In this document: piece by piece, positions 10,777 through 20,126 of the stretch
Layout of the letters: each line of letters starts with the position of its first letter
Numbering within the stretch: position 1 is the first letter of the stretch
Assembly (NCBI GenBank): GCA_013042475.1
Contig: JABDQA010000028.1
Coordinates: 1-63,054, forward strand
Reading direction: 5' to 3'
DNA: 63,054 nt
Source: Desulfofustis sp.
GTDB taxonomy: Bacteria; Desulfobacterota; Desulfobulbia; Desulfobulbales; Desulfocapsaceae
Notes under the pieces: generated by a model
What the model saw: the letters and a program-made list of their open reading frames with translations, nothing else
Told to the model about the DNA's origin: nothing
Database searches by the model: none
Translations under genes and position numbers: made by a program

Positions 10777-12576
10777 TTACCTGCGGTCCCTTTTTTTCTT
10801 TCTATCAGAGGATGAACGGTGCGTAGCAGAAGGCCGCTTCCCTAAAAATCCACGCTCTATAATTTGGCGTTGACGAAGTCTCTCCGTATGATTCCTGACC
10901 ACTTGTATATCAGTATCTTTATCGCGGTGACGGCCGCTCACATACATGGCCGTCGACAGGGTCCCCGGAGTGGGGGTGAAGTCCTGAAACTGGCGGACGG
11001 TGAGGCCCAGACGTTTCATTTTCTGTACCATGCTACGAGTGTGTGCCTCGCTGCAGCCAGGATGGGCGCTGATGATGTAGGGGGTAAGGCCAGCCTTCTT
11101 CCGGAGTTTTCTGGTAATCTTGTTGAACAGTTCGACAAAGCGTATCAACCGTTCATGTTCCTCCTTGTGCATCAAAGCCAGGACCTCGGCCTCGGTATGT
11201 TCGGGAGCAATTTTCAGATTACCCGGAGTGTGATCTTTGAGCAGTTTCTCGAGCAAGTTTGGTGTCTCCAGCAGCAGTTCGAGCCGCAGGCCGGAAGAGA
11301 TAAACAGGTGGTTGATACGGTCCAGACCGGCGACCCTGTCGAGCAACTCGACAAACATGTGTTCATTGAAGACTAGATTTTTGCAGATTTCCGGGTAAAG
11401 ACAGTCATGTGCGGGGCAGGAACCGATGGCACAGCATGTTCCGAACAGGTTGGCCGTGGGTCCGCCAAGATCGGTGATGGTGCCGTCAAACTCAGACCGG
11501 GAGCTGATCCGCTCAACCTCGGCGACGATTGAGTCGACGGAGCGGCTGGTGATTCGCGGCCCCTGGTGTCTGGTTATGGCACAGAAAGAACAGTTGCCGT
11601 AGCAGCCGCGAACCACGGTCACCGAGTTCTTGATCATTTCATAGGCCGGCACATCGGGAGTTGCAGGATGGGGAAGGCGACTGAATTCTAGCTCGTAGAG
11701 TTGATCCATCTCCTGTTGCTCCAAGGCTTCAGACGGGGGCTGCTGAACTATCCACGAGGCCTGCTGCTTCTGTACCAGCACACGGTTGGCGCGGGAACGG
11801 GCCAACCGGTCAATGGTTCGTTCGGCCTTCATGAATTTGTGACTATCGGACCTGATGTCGTCCCAGCCCGGCAAGGTAACCAGTTTTATACCCCGGTCCA
11901 GGCAGTCCTGCCTGAAGACGTCCATCTCCGCCTCGGTCATTCTCATACAGGTTCCGGGGATACCCCCCAGGGGGTGGCCTTTCTCCATGAGTTGTGCCAC
12001 TGTGACCACCGCCCGCTCAGCCATCCCGTATATGAGCAAGTCGGCCTTGGCATCACTTAAGTGAGATCCTCTGAGCCGATTTTGCTTGTAGTCAAAGTGA
12101 ATGAAGCGGCGCAACGAGGATTCGATGCCACCGAGAATAATCGGCGCGTCCGGGTACGCTCTTCTGGCCAAATTGGCATAAATCAATACGGCCCGGTCCG
12201 GGCGAAAACGGTTGCTTTTCTCACGTATCTCAGAGCGCCAGGGGGATCCCCCCGGGGAATAGGCATCGAAATCACGCACCTTGCCGTTGGAACTGTAGTT
12301 AGCCACTATCGAGTCAAGGTTTCCTCCGCTTATGCCGAAGAACAACCGGGGCCTGCCAAAGCGCTGAAAATCAGTCTCGCTGTGATAGCGGGGCTGAGGG
12401 AGAAGTGCGACCCGATAACCATGTGATGCCAACAAGCGACCGATCAGGGCAAGGCCGAATGAGGGGTGGTCAACATACGCGTCACCGCTGACCAGCACAA
12501 TATCCACTTCGTCCCAACCCCTGGCCTTGCATTCCCGGACAGTGACCGGCAGCGGTTGCACGTGCATTTCCTCCAT
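10777..12576 (-). CDS. ygiQ: YgiQ-family radical SAM protein (UPF0313)
   Basis: N-terminal ARGWDEVDIVLVSGDAYVDHPSFG, typical of YgiQ, and a CxxxCxxC cluster CYGNCSFC. 599 aa with a basic C-terminal tail. The exact start (M1, M4 or the GTG just after) is uncertain. Confidence 0.88.
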   Translation of the reverse strand: MEEMHVQPLPVTVRECKARGWDEVDIVLVSGDAYVDHPSFGLALIGRLLASHGYRVALLPQPRYHSETDFQRFGRPRLFFGISGGNLDSIVANYSSNGKVRDFDAYSPGGSPWRSEIREKSNRFRPDRAVLIYANLARRAYPDAPIILGGIESSLRRFIHFDYKQNRLRGSHLSDAKADLLIYGMAERAVVTVAQLMEKGHPLGGIPGTCMRMTEAEMDVFRQDCLDRGIKLVTLPGWDDIRSDSHKFMKAERTIDRLARSRANRVLVQKQQASWIVQQPPSEALEQQEMDQLYELEFSRLPHPATPDVPAYEMIKNSVTVVRGCYGNCSFCAITRHQGPRITSRSVDSIVAEVERISSRSEFDGTITDLGGPTANLFGTCCAIGSCPAHDCLYPEICKNLVFNEHMFVELLDRVAGLDRINHLFISSGLRLELLLETPNLLEKLLKDHTPGNLKIAPEHTEAEVLALMHKEEHERLIRFVELFNKITRKLRKKAGLTPYIISAHPGCSEAHTRSMVQKMKRLGLTVRQFQDFTPTPGTLSTAMYVSGRHRDKDTDIQVVRNHTERLRQRQIIERGFLGKRPSATHRSSSDRKKKRDRR

Positions 12577-12852
12577 TTCTTATTATTTCTTCCTCACAGC
12601 CTCGATTGAAGTTCGTGGAAATGTTGTTTTTCCATGAACGTATGTTAGGGCTTTTCATTAGTACCGCAGATGCGGCGTTGCTGCCACCACCATTTGCCCG
12701 GCGGCAAAGGTTTGGGATCACCGGGTATAAGCTGCTGAAAACAGGTGTCGTTTGCGCCAAAAGTCGAGAAAGATTATTGTCATATCAAATTTGTCATGTA
12801 AGATTGGGCGGGGATAGCAAAATCGCAGAAATATGGATTACCTGGAGACATA

Positions 12853-13506
12853 TTGGTCAATATAGGGAGGTACCTCGACAGCCTGGAAAAAGAGGTGATG
12901 AAATATCGGGTGCCGGTGGTCGATCTCATAGGTGTGCAAAGCCGTGACAGCTACCGGGTGCTGATTGCCACAATTCTTTCTTCCCGCACCAAGGACGAGG
13001 TGACGGCCGAAGCCTCGACCCGCCTGTTCAACCGTGCACCGGATATCGACAGTCTGGCAAAAATGCCAACCGCTGAGATAGGCGATCTCATTTTCCCGGT
13101 GGGATTTTATAACACCAAGGCGGTTCACTTACAGCAGACGGCCAGGATGTTGAAAGACATATACCGGGGTGAGATTCCAGATTCCATCGAAGAGTTGGTA
13201 AATCTTCCTGGCGTGGGAAGGAAAACCGCTAATCTGGTGCTGGCGGTCGCCTTCGACAAGCCGGCCATCTGTGTAGACACCCATGTCCATCGGATCATGA
13301 ACATCTGGGGATACGTGAAGACCAAGTCTCCGCTGGAAACGGAAATGGCCCTGCGAAAAAAACTACCGAAGAAATATTGGAAAAAGGTCAACCGGGTCCT
13401 TGTTGCCTTTGGGCAGGGAAAATGCAAGCCGGTTGCCCCCCATTGTGATGATTGTATTCTGGAATCTGATTGTGCAAAGATAAATGTAATTCCACGGAAA
13501 ATTTAA
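12853..13506 (+). CDS. nth: endonuclease III (HhH-GPD DNA glycosylase/AP lyase)
   Basis: LIATILSSRTKDE, the HhH motif LPGVGRKTANLVL, and a C-terminal Fe-S motif C-x6-C-x2-C-x5-C (CKPVAPHCDDCILESDC). TTG start with GGAG 5 nt upstream. An alternative ATG lies at 12898. Confidence 0.85.
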   Translation: MVNIGRYLDSLEKEVMKYRVPVVDLIGVQSRDSYRVLIATILSSRTKDEVTAEASTRLFNRAPDIDSLAKMPTAEIGDLIFPVGFYNTKAVHLQQTARMLKDIYRGEIPDSIEELVNLPGVGRKTANLVLAVAFDKPAICVDTHVHRIMNIWGYVKTKSPLETEMALRKKLPKKYWKKVNRVLVAFGQGKCKPVAPHCDDCILESDCAKINVIPRKI

Positions 13507-13635
13507 CCTGGTTTGAAAATGGCGTGCGACCTTGCAACTGATAAGTGGCTGATGCAGTCGGGATCGGTCGTAAGGTTAAGATTAACAGACGTTGTTGAAA
13601 GTTTTTGATAATTAGCTGACACTCAGGACTGAATC

Positions 13636-14307
13636 ATGGAGAAGAGTCAGAAGCACTACAGAATTCTGCTGGCAGATGATCATGTGCTGATTCGGCACGG
13701 TATCAGAATAATTCTTTCCAGCGATAATAATTTGCTCATCGTCGGCGAGGTGAGTAACGGCGACGATCTCCTGGACTGGCTCAGGAAAAATGCAGTCGAC
13801 CTGCTCATCCTCGATATATCGATGCCCAAGGCAAGCGGCATCGAACTCACGGAAATCCTGAAAAAGCGTTACCCGAATTTGAAGATTCTGGTGTTGACCA
13901 TGCACAAGAATATCAGGTTTCTGCGCCGGGCCATTGCAGCTGGAGCGGACGGCTACCTGGTGAAAAGTGACACTGAGCAGGAAATTATTTCTGCCATTGG
14001 CAAGATCCGTGAGGGTGGTACGTATATATCTCCCTGTCTGGAAAATGATTTCGCTGAAGAGATGCTCAATACCTACCGCAATCCTTCGTCGTCCCGAACC
14101 TTCAAGGGATTGACCAAGAGGGAAAAACAGGTACTCGAACTGGTGGTTGACGGCATGACCTCCAAACAGATCGCTGCCGATTTGGGCCTGAGTCCCCGCA
14201 CTGTTGACCATCACCGGGCCAGCCTGCTGAAAAAATTCGATATGAATAACAGTGTCGATCTGGTCAATTTCGCTATAAAGAACGGTTACGTTACCATCGA
14301 GGAGTAA
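13636..14307 (+). CDS. NarL/FixJ-type response regulator (REC + LuxR HTH)
   Basis: RILLADDH..DLLILDISMPKASG receiver domain, and a C-terminal LTKREKQVLELVVDGMTSKQIAADLGLSPRTVDHHRASLLKKF. No cognate kinase gene is adjacent. Confidence 0.9.
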   Translation: MEKSQKHYRILLADDHVLIRHGIRIILSSDNNLLIVGEVSNGDDLLDWLRKNAVDLLILDISMPKASGIELTEILKKRYPNLKILVLTMHKNIRFLRRAIAAGADGYLVKSDTEQEIISAIGKIREGGTYISPCLENDFAEEMLNTYRNPSSSRTFKGLTKREKQVLELVVDGMTSKQIAADLGLSPRTVDHHRASLLKKFDMNNSVDLVNFAIKNGYVTIEE

Positions 14308-14404
14308 AGCACCAGTCACGCTGGATCAGTCGATCCGATTCCGGCCAGTCATTTCTCTGTCGCCGCCATGCTGGTCGTCGACAAATCAGGAACTGAAATT
14401 AGGT

Positions 14405-14449
14405 AAATTCACCCATGGACAATTGGGTGAATTTCTCGATTGTTTTTTG
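14405..14449 (+). terminator. possible intrinsic terminator after the response-regulator gene
   Basis: Perfect 11-bp stem AAATTCACCCA / TGGGTGAATTT (14405-14415 / 14424-14434) with an 8-nt loop. The T-run (14442-14448) is separated from the stem by 7 nt, so the terminator function is uncertain. Confidence 0.4.
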
Positions 14450-14633
14450 TTGCTGATGGGGGTATTTCTGTGCCCTCAATTTGTCTGCATGCAGGGCACT
14501 GATTCTAACCAGTAGTCGAAAGTTCACACCTTCCCATTAGCTCTCAGATGGTCAGATCCTCCATCCAGCCGCTGCGTGCCGCACTAAAAAGTTTCCGGAT
14601 GAGAACGAAATGGATTACAAGCAGGATAGTTTA

Positions 14634-14912
14634 ATGAACAAAGCAGAATTGATTGAAGAGATTGCAGCATCCACCGGAGTTACCAAAGTAATTGCAGGAA
14701 AAGCACTCGACTCTGTCCTCGCCAATATGGGTAAAGCCATGGAACAGGGGGAACGGGTAATTGTCTCCGGCTTTGGCTCCTTTCATGTGACTGAACGGGC
14801 CGAACAGAGGGGAAGAAACCCGCAGACGGGAGAGACCATTTCGATTCCCGCCCACAACGTGGTCAAATTCAGGCCGGGCAAAAAGTTACGCACGCTGGTT
14901 AAAAAAGGCTGA
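14634..14912 (+). CDS. hup: HU family DNA-binding protein
   Basis: MNKAELIEEIA..GFGSFHVTERAEQRGRNPQTGETISIPAHNVVKFRPGKKL. The start is placed at the internal ATG, which gives the canonical roughly 92-aa HU. Confidence 0.92.
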   Translation: MNKAELIEEIAASTGVTKVIAGKALDSVLANMGKAMEQGERVIVSGFGSFHVTERAEQRGRNPQTGETISIPAHNVVKFRPGKKLRTLVKKG

Positions 14913-14915
14913 AGA

Positions 14916-15719
14916 TCACCACTCTCGGCCAGCCCTTCTTACAAGCTGGTACCAGAGCAGCAGACCTGCTGCGATCATCAGGCTGCATAATATCTGGCCC
15001 ATGGTAAAGGGACCGATGAGGCCGATCTGCGCATCAGGTTCTCGAGTGAATTCGATTAAGAATCGCAGGATGCCGTAGCCAATGAAAAATAGTGCCAGCA
15101 GAGAACCGTGGGGCCACAGGCGGTATCCCTCGTAAGGTCTGTAACGCAGTGACCAGAGCAGCAGAAAGAGCACCAGTCCTTCGAAAAAGGCTTCATAGAG
15201 CTGGGAAGGGTGACGGGATAATGGCCCTGCTCCTGGAAACACTATCGCCCAGGCAAGTTCTGACGGGCGGCCAAACAATTCGCCATTGATAAAGTTGCCC
15301 AGCCTGCCGAGTCCGAGTCCGATTGGCATCGTAACGATATAGGTGTCGGCCGTCCTGAAAAATGGTATCTTCTTTTTCCGGCAAAACCACCAGCCGCCCA
15401 CAAAGAGACCAATAGCCCCTCCGTGAAATGACATGCCTCCCGACCAGGTAGCGGCAATTTCCAGGGGATGGGAAAGGTAATAGGCGGGATTGTAGAACAG
15501 GACGTAGCCCAACCGGGCCCCTATGATCATCGAAATGATCAGGGCGATGTTGAGGTTTTCGAAATTCTCCTGTAACTCAGGAAATGAGCGCTGTTTCAAC
15601 TGGTAACGAACCAGCAGGTAGGAGGCGGCGAATCCGAGCACGTACATAAGCCCGTACCAGCGCAGTTTCAGTGGACCAATTTGCAGCAGGACGGGATCGA
15701 TATCGGGGTAGGTGATCAT
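14916..15719 (-). CDS. lgt: prolipoprotein diacylglyceryl transferase
   Basis: 267 aa polytopic membrane protein. The LRWYGLMYVLGF, GARLGYV, HGGAIG and GRLGNFINGELFGRP motifs are typical of Lgt. Confidence 0.93.
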   Translation of the reverse strand: MITYPDIDPVLLQIGPLKLRWYGLMYVLGFAASYLLVRYQLKQRSFPELQENFENLNIALIISMIIGARLGYVLFYNPAYYLSHPLEIAATWSGGMSFHGGAIGLFVGGWWFCRKKKIPFFRTADTYIVTMPIGLGLGRLGNFINGELFGRPSELAWAIVFPGAGPLSRHPSQLYEAFFEGLVLFLLLWSLRYRPYEGYRLWPHGSLLALFFIGYGILRFLIEFTREPDAQIGLIGPFTMGQILCSLMIAAGLLLWYQLVRRAGREW

Positions 15720-15721
15720 CG

Positions 15722-17650
15722 CTATTGTTTTCCAGCTGCCGCTGGCGGCTTATTACTCCCTTGAGAGCGGTGCTTTCTGAGATGAATTTGGAGGATCGAA
15801 ATGGCCGCCGGAGTTATCCCCGAGATCCTCGATGCCTGTCCCAGTGACAGCGGCTTGACCCGCCTCAGTTTCTCAACCACTTCGTTGGACAGACCGGAGA
15901 GCGTCGAATAATCAAGCTCTTCTGGAATTCTGGTTGATTCCAGGTTTTTAAAACGGCTGACCTGTTCGGTCTGGCGCTCGATATAGCCCTTGTACTTAAC
16001 CCGCAGCTGGACCTCTTCGCTGAAGCGTGATCTGTTCAATTCCTCTAACGGCTGACGCTGCTCACTGGTACACAGCTCGGCCAGGTTGCCGATCTTCAAC
16101 TCCGGGCGTCTGAGCAGATCCGCCAGGCTGGATTTTTGTTTAAGACCCGTACTGCCGAACTGGTGCAGGGTCGCGTCTATATCTGTCGATGGCTTCAGCC
16201 AGGTGGTTTCGAGTATCTCGATAGCGCGCTCGATTTCTTTTTGCTTGGCGACAAAATCATCGTACTGCGGTTTGGGTAGCAGACCAATCTTATCACCGAT
16301 TTCGGAGAGTCTGGCGTCAGCGTTATCCTCCCGGAGCAGCAATCGGTATTCGGCTCGCGAGGTAAAGAGCCGATACGGTTCCTTGGTTCCCCTGGTGATA
16401 AGATCGTCGATCAGTACGCCAATATAGGCCTCGGACCGGTCAATTACCAACGGGTCTATTCTGCGGCAGTAGTGTACCGCATTGATACCGCCGATAATAC
16501 CTTGGGCCGCTGCTTCCTCATAGCCGGAAGTACCGTTGATCTGGCCGGCCAGAAAGAGCCCTCGAATTTTTTTGGTTTCGAGCGACGGCAGGAGTTCCTG
16601 CGGATCGACATAGTCATATTCAATGGCATAGCCCGACCTGACGATGACCGCCTTCTCGAGCCCCTTGATACTCCTGATCATGGCCACCTGGGTGGCCAGC
16701 GGTAGACTGGTGGGCAGACCATTGGGGTAGACTTCGGTGGTCTCTATACCTTCTGGTTCCAGAAAAATTTGATGCCTGAGTTTTTCCGGAAAACGCATGA
16801 CCTTGTCTTCTATTGAAGGGCAGTAGCGGGCCCCCACTCCCTCAATGATCCCGGCGTACATAGGTGATTGATCGATGGACCCTCGTATGATCTGATGGGT
16901 GTTCTCGTTGGTATAGGTGATGTGGCAGGGAAACTGGGGCTGTCTGTACTCTCCCTCGTTGGTGAAGGAGAAAAATGATGGGGGCTGATCGCTGTGCTGG
17001 GGCTCGAGTTCAAAGTAATCAATGGTGTTGGCGTCAAGGCGCGGAACCGTGCCGGTCTTCATCCTGCCCACATTCAATCCCTGTTCTCGGAACCATGCTG
17101 CCAGACTTAGCGACGGGGAATCACCCATGCGCCCGGCCGGAAAGTTTTTCAGGCCGACATGAATGAGGCCGTTAAGAAAGGTACCCGTGGCAACAACCAC
17201 CGCCTTGACTTCGATTTCTTCATCCAAAGAGGTGCGTAGTCCGCTGATCTTGTTGTTCTTGACGATCAGTGAGTCGACGGTGGTCTGGCGAATGGTCAGG
17301 TTCTCCTGGTGCTCCAGGATTTTCTTCATGCGCAGCCGATAGAGCAGCCTGTCCGCCTGGGCACGAGAAGATCTGACCGCCGGACCCTTGCTGGTGTTGA
17401 GACGGCGAAACTGAATGGAGGTTTCGTCGATATTCTTGGCCATCTCTCCGCCGAGTGCATCTATTTCCCGCACCAAATGGCCTTTGGCCAACCCGCCTAT
17501 GGCGGGATTGCACGACATCGCCCCGATGGTGTCGAGATTGATCACACAGGCAAGAGTCTTGCAGCCCATGCGGGCGGCCGCAAGGGCTGCTTCGCAGCCG
17601 GCGTGTCCGGCTCCGATGACGGCGATATCGAATTTCTGCAATTCAGACAT
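15722..17650 (-). CDS. mnmG: tRNA uridine 5-carboxymethylaminomethyl modification enzyme MnmG (GidA)
   Basis: 642 aa. FAD-binding N-terminus FDIAVIGAGHAGCEAALAAARMG, plus GPRYCPSIEDK-like (GARYCPSIEDK) and YAIEYDYVDP. Confidence 0.97.
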   Translation of the reverse strand: MSELQKFDIAVIGAGHAGCEAALAAARMGCKTLACVINLDTIGAMSCNPAIGGLAKGHLVREIDALGGEMAKNIDETSIQFRRLNTSKGPAVRSSRAQADRLLYRLRMKKILEHQENLTIRQTTVDSLIVKNNKISGLRTSLDEEIEVKAVVVATGTFLNGLIHVGLKNFPAGRMGDSPSLSLAAWFREQGLNVGRMKTGTVPRLDANTIDYFELEPQHSDQPPSFFSFTNEGEYRQPQFPCHITYTNENTHQIIRGSIDQSPMYAGIIEGVGARYCPSIEDKVMRFPEKLRHQIFLEPEGIETTEVYPNGLPTSLPLATQVAMIRSIKGLEKAVIVRSGYAIEYDYVDPQELLPSLETKKIRGLFLAGQINGTSGYEEAAAQGIIGGINAVHYCRRIDPLVIDRSEAYIGVLIDDLITRGTKEPYRLFTSRAEYRLLLREDNADARLSEIGDKIGLLPKPQYDDFVAKQKEIERAIEILETTWLKPSTDIDATLHQFGSTGLKQKSSLADLLRRPELKIGNLAELCTSEQRQPLEELNRSRFSEEVQLRVKYKGYIERQTEQVSRFKNLESTRIPEELDYSTLSGLSNEVVEKLRRVKPLSLGQASRISGITPAAISILQIHLRKHRSQGSNKPPAAAGKQ

Positions 17651-17674
17651 GTGATACGATCCCGGCTGGCTGGG

Positions 17675-18526
17675 TCATCTACCCGAGGGCAGGTCTTCCA
17701 CTGACCATGACAGCAGTGCCCAGCGCTGGACGTGGTCTCTTCTTACGATGAGATGGTCGTCATCCTTTTTTACTATTCTTTTTTTTATATATTTTTCAAG
17801 CATCTGTCGTTCATCGGATTGTAAATCCCTAAACATCCAGGCGTATCCCTCCACGGCAGCTTCCAGGCTCGCAAATTGTTGATCCCTGGCAAGCTCAATT
17901 TTGGAAATTCGAGGGTGGATGCCAAGTTGATAGAGCATATTGACGGTATAAATATAGTCGGGCCCGGATTTGAATTCTCTGCCGAGGGCTGCAAAGGCAT
18001 TAGGATCAAATGGCGATGGGGCGATACGCTCAACTACGTGGATTGTACTGGTAGCGTAGCGGCCGAGTTTCTGCAGAGCTCCGGAGAGGTCGGGAATATT
18101 CATTGACCTTGAGGCAATGACCACATCATGGGGTTCGACGCCGAATTCTGACCATTCATCCTCCCAGCCGCAGTGAACGGTGCTGACGTTCTTGATCTCT
18201 TGCGTTGCAGCCTCTCTGTTGAGCAGATCGAGCATCCCCTGTGAATAGTCTATGGCCGTTACCCGGCGGACCTGCGTGGCGATTGGCAGGGCCAGGGTCC
18301 CCGGCCCGCAGCCCACATCGAGGACGCTGAGCTCAGGGTGCAGTTTGATTTGGCTAAGAAAAAGCCCCACGTAAGGGGACTCTCTCGTCCTGCCGGCGAA
18401 AGCTCTGGCTTTTTTATCCCAGTCCTTGGCATCCTTGCTCTTCCAGGATTTGGCGGAGCGGCTTTGCTGCCAGAGAAGCTGCCAGTCGATATCGTCGTAG
18501 ACGCTAATGAGCTGATTTTTTTTCAT
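17675..18526 (-). CDS. class I SAM-dependent methyltransferase, specific function unknown
   Basis: 283 aa. SAM motif I is VLDVGCGPGTLALPIA, followed by an acidic post-I residue (AIDYS). It is not RsmG-like in length or position. It sits between mnmE and mnmG on the same strand. Confidence 0.8.
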   Translation of the reverse strand: MKKNQLISVYDDIDWQLLWQQSRSAKSWKSKDAKDWDKKARAFAGRTRESPYVGLFLSQIKLHPELSVLDVGCGPGTLALPIATQVRRVTAIDYSQGMLDLLNREAATQEIKNVSTVHCGWEDEWSEFGVEPHDVVIASRSMNIPDLSGALQKLGRYATSTIHVVERIAPSPFDPNAFAALGREFKSGPDYIYTVNMLYQLGIHPRISKIELARDQQFASLEAAVEGYAWMFRDLQSDERQMLEKYIKKRIVKKDDDHLIVRRDHVQRWALLSWSVEDLPSGR

Positions 18527-18658
18527 GTCGTTCTCGCCTGACGCTCACGAGTCGATATGGCCAGCAGGGTGAAATTTCCATTGTTCATTACATAGCCTTC
18601 TTGGTTCGATACAATTACATTATTGACGGTTGTTATTATTCCATGAATGTCAGGCTGC

Positions 18659-20047
18659 TTATTTCCCTAGGCAAAACTGTTCGAAAATCACATCGAGCAC
18701 GTCTTCGGTGGTCGTCTCTCCAACAATTTCACCGAGATGGTCGAGACATTCGAGCAGGTCGACCATGATCAGGTCGTTGTGCAGACCGTCTGTCAGTCCC
18801 TCAGCTACCCGGTTGAGCGCTCGGAGACCGTTCTCGAGGGCCGCTTTATGCCGGAGGTTGGGTGTGCACCCTTCCTCCTGCCATTGTTCCCGGTCACCGG
18901 TAATACGATGGAATATCTTCTCTTTAAGCTGCTCGAGTCCGGTCTGTTCACGGGCGGAGATTTCCACGGCTTCGACAACTATCTGCTGGTGTGTCTGGCG
19001 ATCAAAGCGTTGCTCGAGATCACATTTGTTGATCACCGTGATTAACGGCTTGTGCTTAACTGTCTCAAACAGCGAGATATCATCGTTGTCGATCGGCTCC
19101 GAGCCATCCACCAGAAAAAGTACGAGGTCAGCCCGATTCAGCGATTCTCTGGCCCGCCTAATACCGAGTTCCTCAACTTCCTCGACATCCTCGCGAATGC
19201 CAGCGGTATCGATAATGCGCACGGGGATGCCATGGATATCGATATATTCCTCGATAGTGTCTCTGGTGGTACCGGGCACCGAGGTTACCAGGGCCCGTTC
19301 CTCCTGCAGCAGCGTATTGAGCAGGCTTGATTTTCCGACATTGGGCCGACCGATGATAACGATCGCCACCCCCTCGCGGACAATTCGCCCGCTGTCGGCC
19401 TGGATAATTAATTTCTTCAGCGGTATGAGAACCTCATCCTGAAGTCTCGCACCCAGGGCCTGGTGATCCGCTATTTCAATTTCCTCCTCGGGAAAATCTA
19501 TTGCAGTCTCGAGTAAAGCCCGAATTTCGACCAGCGAAGCCCTCAGCCTGTCAACAGCTTTGTAGAGGGATCCGCTCATCTGCTCAAGGGCAAGGTCGAC
19601 GCCCTTCCTGGTGCGGGCCGAGAGTATATCGATTACTGCTTCGGCCCGGGTCAGATCGATGCGCCCGTTGAGGAATGCGCGTTTGGTGAATTCCCCCGGT
19701 TCGGCCAGCTTAGCACCGTGGGCAAGTATCAATTCCAGGACAGATTGAAGAACAAGAAAACCTCCGTGGCAGTGTATTTCAACGACATCTTCCCTGGTAT
19801 AGGTCTTGGGGGCCTGCATGTACACCACCAGCACTTCGTCGAGAAGTTTAGTCTGTGCCGGGTCGGTAATGGTGCCGTAGTAAAGGCGATGGGAGTCAAG
19901 GGGGCAGGGCGGGTTGGCAGGAGTGAAGATGGTTTGCAGGATGGTAAGTGACGCACTGCCACTAATCCGGATGATGCCGATACCACCTGCACCTGGCGGA
20001 GTGGAAATCGCGGCTATGGTAAGACTATCGTGGGCCGGGGAACTCAT
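18659..20047 (-). CDS. mnmE: tRNA modification GTPase MnmE (TrmE)
   Basis: G-domain GRPNVGKSSLLN, DTAGIR, NKCD, and the C-terminal CLGK motif. I prefer the start at MSSPAHD; the longer ORF reaches 20071. Confidence 0.95.
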   Translation of the reverse strand: MSSPAHDSLTIAAISTPPGAGGIGIIRISGSASLTILQTIFTPANPPCPLDSHRLYYGTITDPAQTKLLDEVLVVYMQAPKTYTREDVVEIHCHGGFLVLQSVLELILAHGAKLAEPGEFTKRAFLNGRIDLTRAEAVIDILSARTRKGVDLALEQMSGSLYKAVDRLRASLVEIRALLETAIDFPEEEIEIADHQALGARLQDEVLIPLKKLIIQADSGRIVREGVAIVIIGRPNVGKSSLLNTLLQEERALVTSVPGTTRDTIEEYIDIHGIPVRIIDTAGIREDVEEVEELGIRRARESLNRADLVLFLVDGSEPIDNDDISLFETVKHKPLITVINKCDLEQRFDRQTHQQIVVEAVEISAREQTGLEQLKEKIFHRITGDREQWQEEGCTPNLRHKAALENGLRALNRVAEGLTDGLHNDLIMVDLLECLDHLGEIVGETTTEDVLDVIFEQFCLGK

Positions 20048-20126
20048 CTCTGGTTCTCCATAGAACCGCATGGTACTACCCGTCCTGCGGCCACAATTGA
20101 GCGGTTAGCGCGGTAGGCGCCTTCGA

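Noticed and set aside
10777-12576. Radical SAM gene near efp-epmA as the missing EpmB (lysine 2,3-aminomutase).
   Set aside because: The N-terminus ARGWDEVDIVLVSGDAYVDHPSFG and the 599-aa length identify it as YgiQ/UPF0313, not the KamA/EpmB family. It is also on the opposite strand and separated by the FIST-kinase pair.
13612-14319. 235-aa ORF on the minus strand, exactly antisense to the response-regulator gene.
   Set aside because: The plus-strand frame has unmistakable REC and LuxR-HTH motifs. The antisense ORF has no motifs and mirrors the coding frame, as is typical of shadow ORFs. The same reasoning applies to 18630-19442 (+, antisense to mnmE), 44581-45597 (-, antisense to the aminotransferase), 46819-47631 (-, antisense to DUF72), 49434-50339 and 50658-51299 (-, antisense to dnaE2), 55324-56094 (+, antisense to the M50 protease) and 60931-61641 (+, antisense to glcD).
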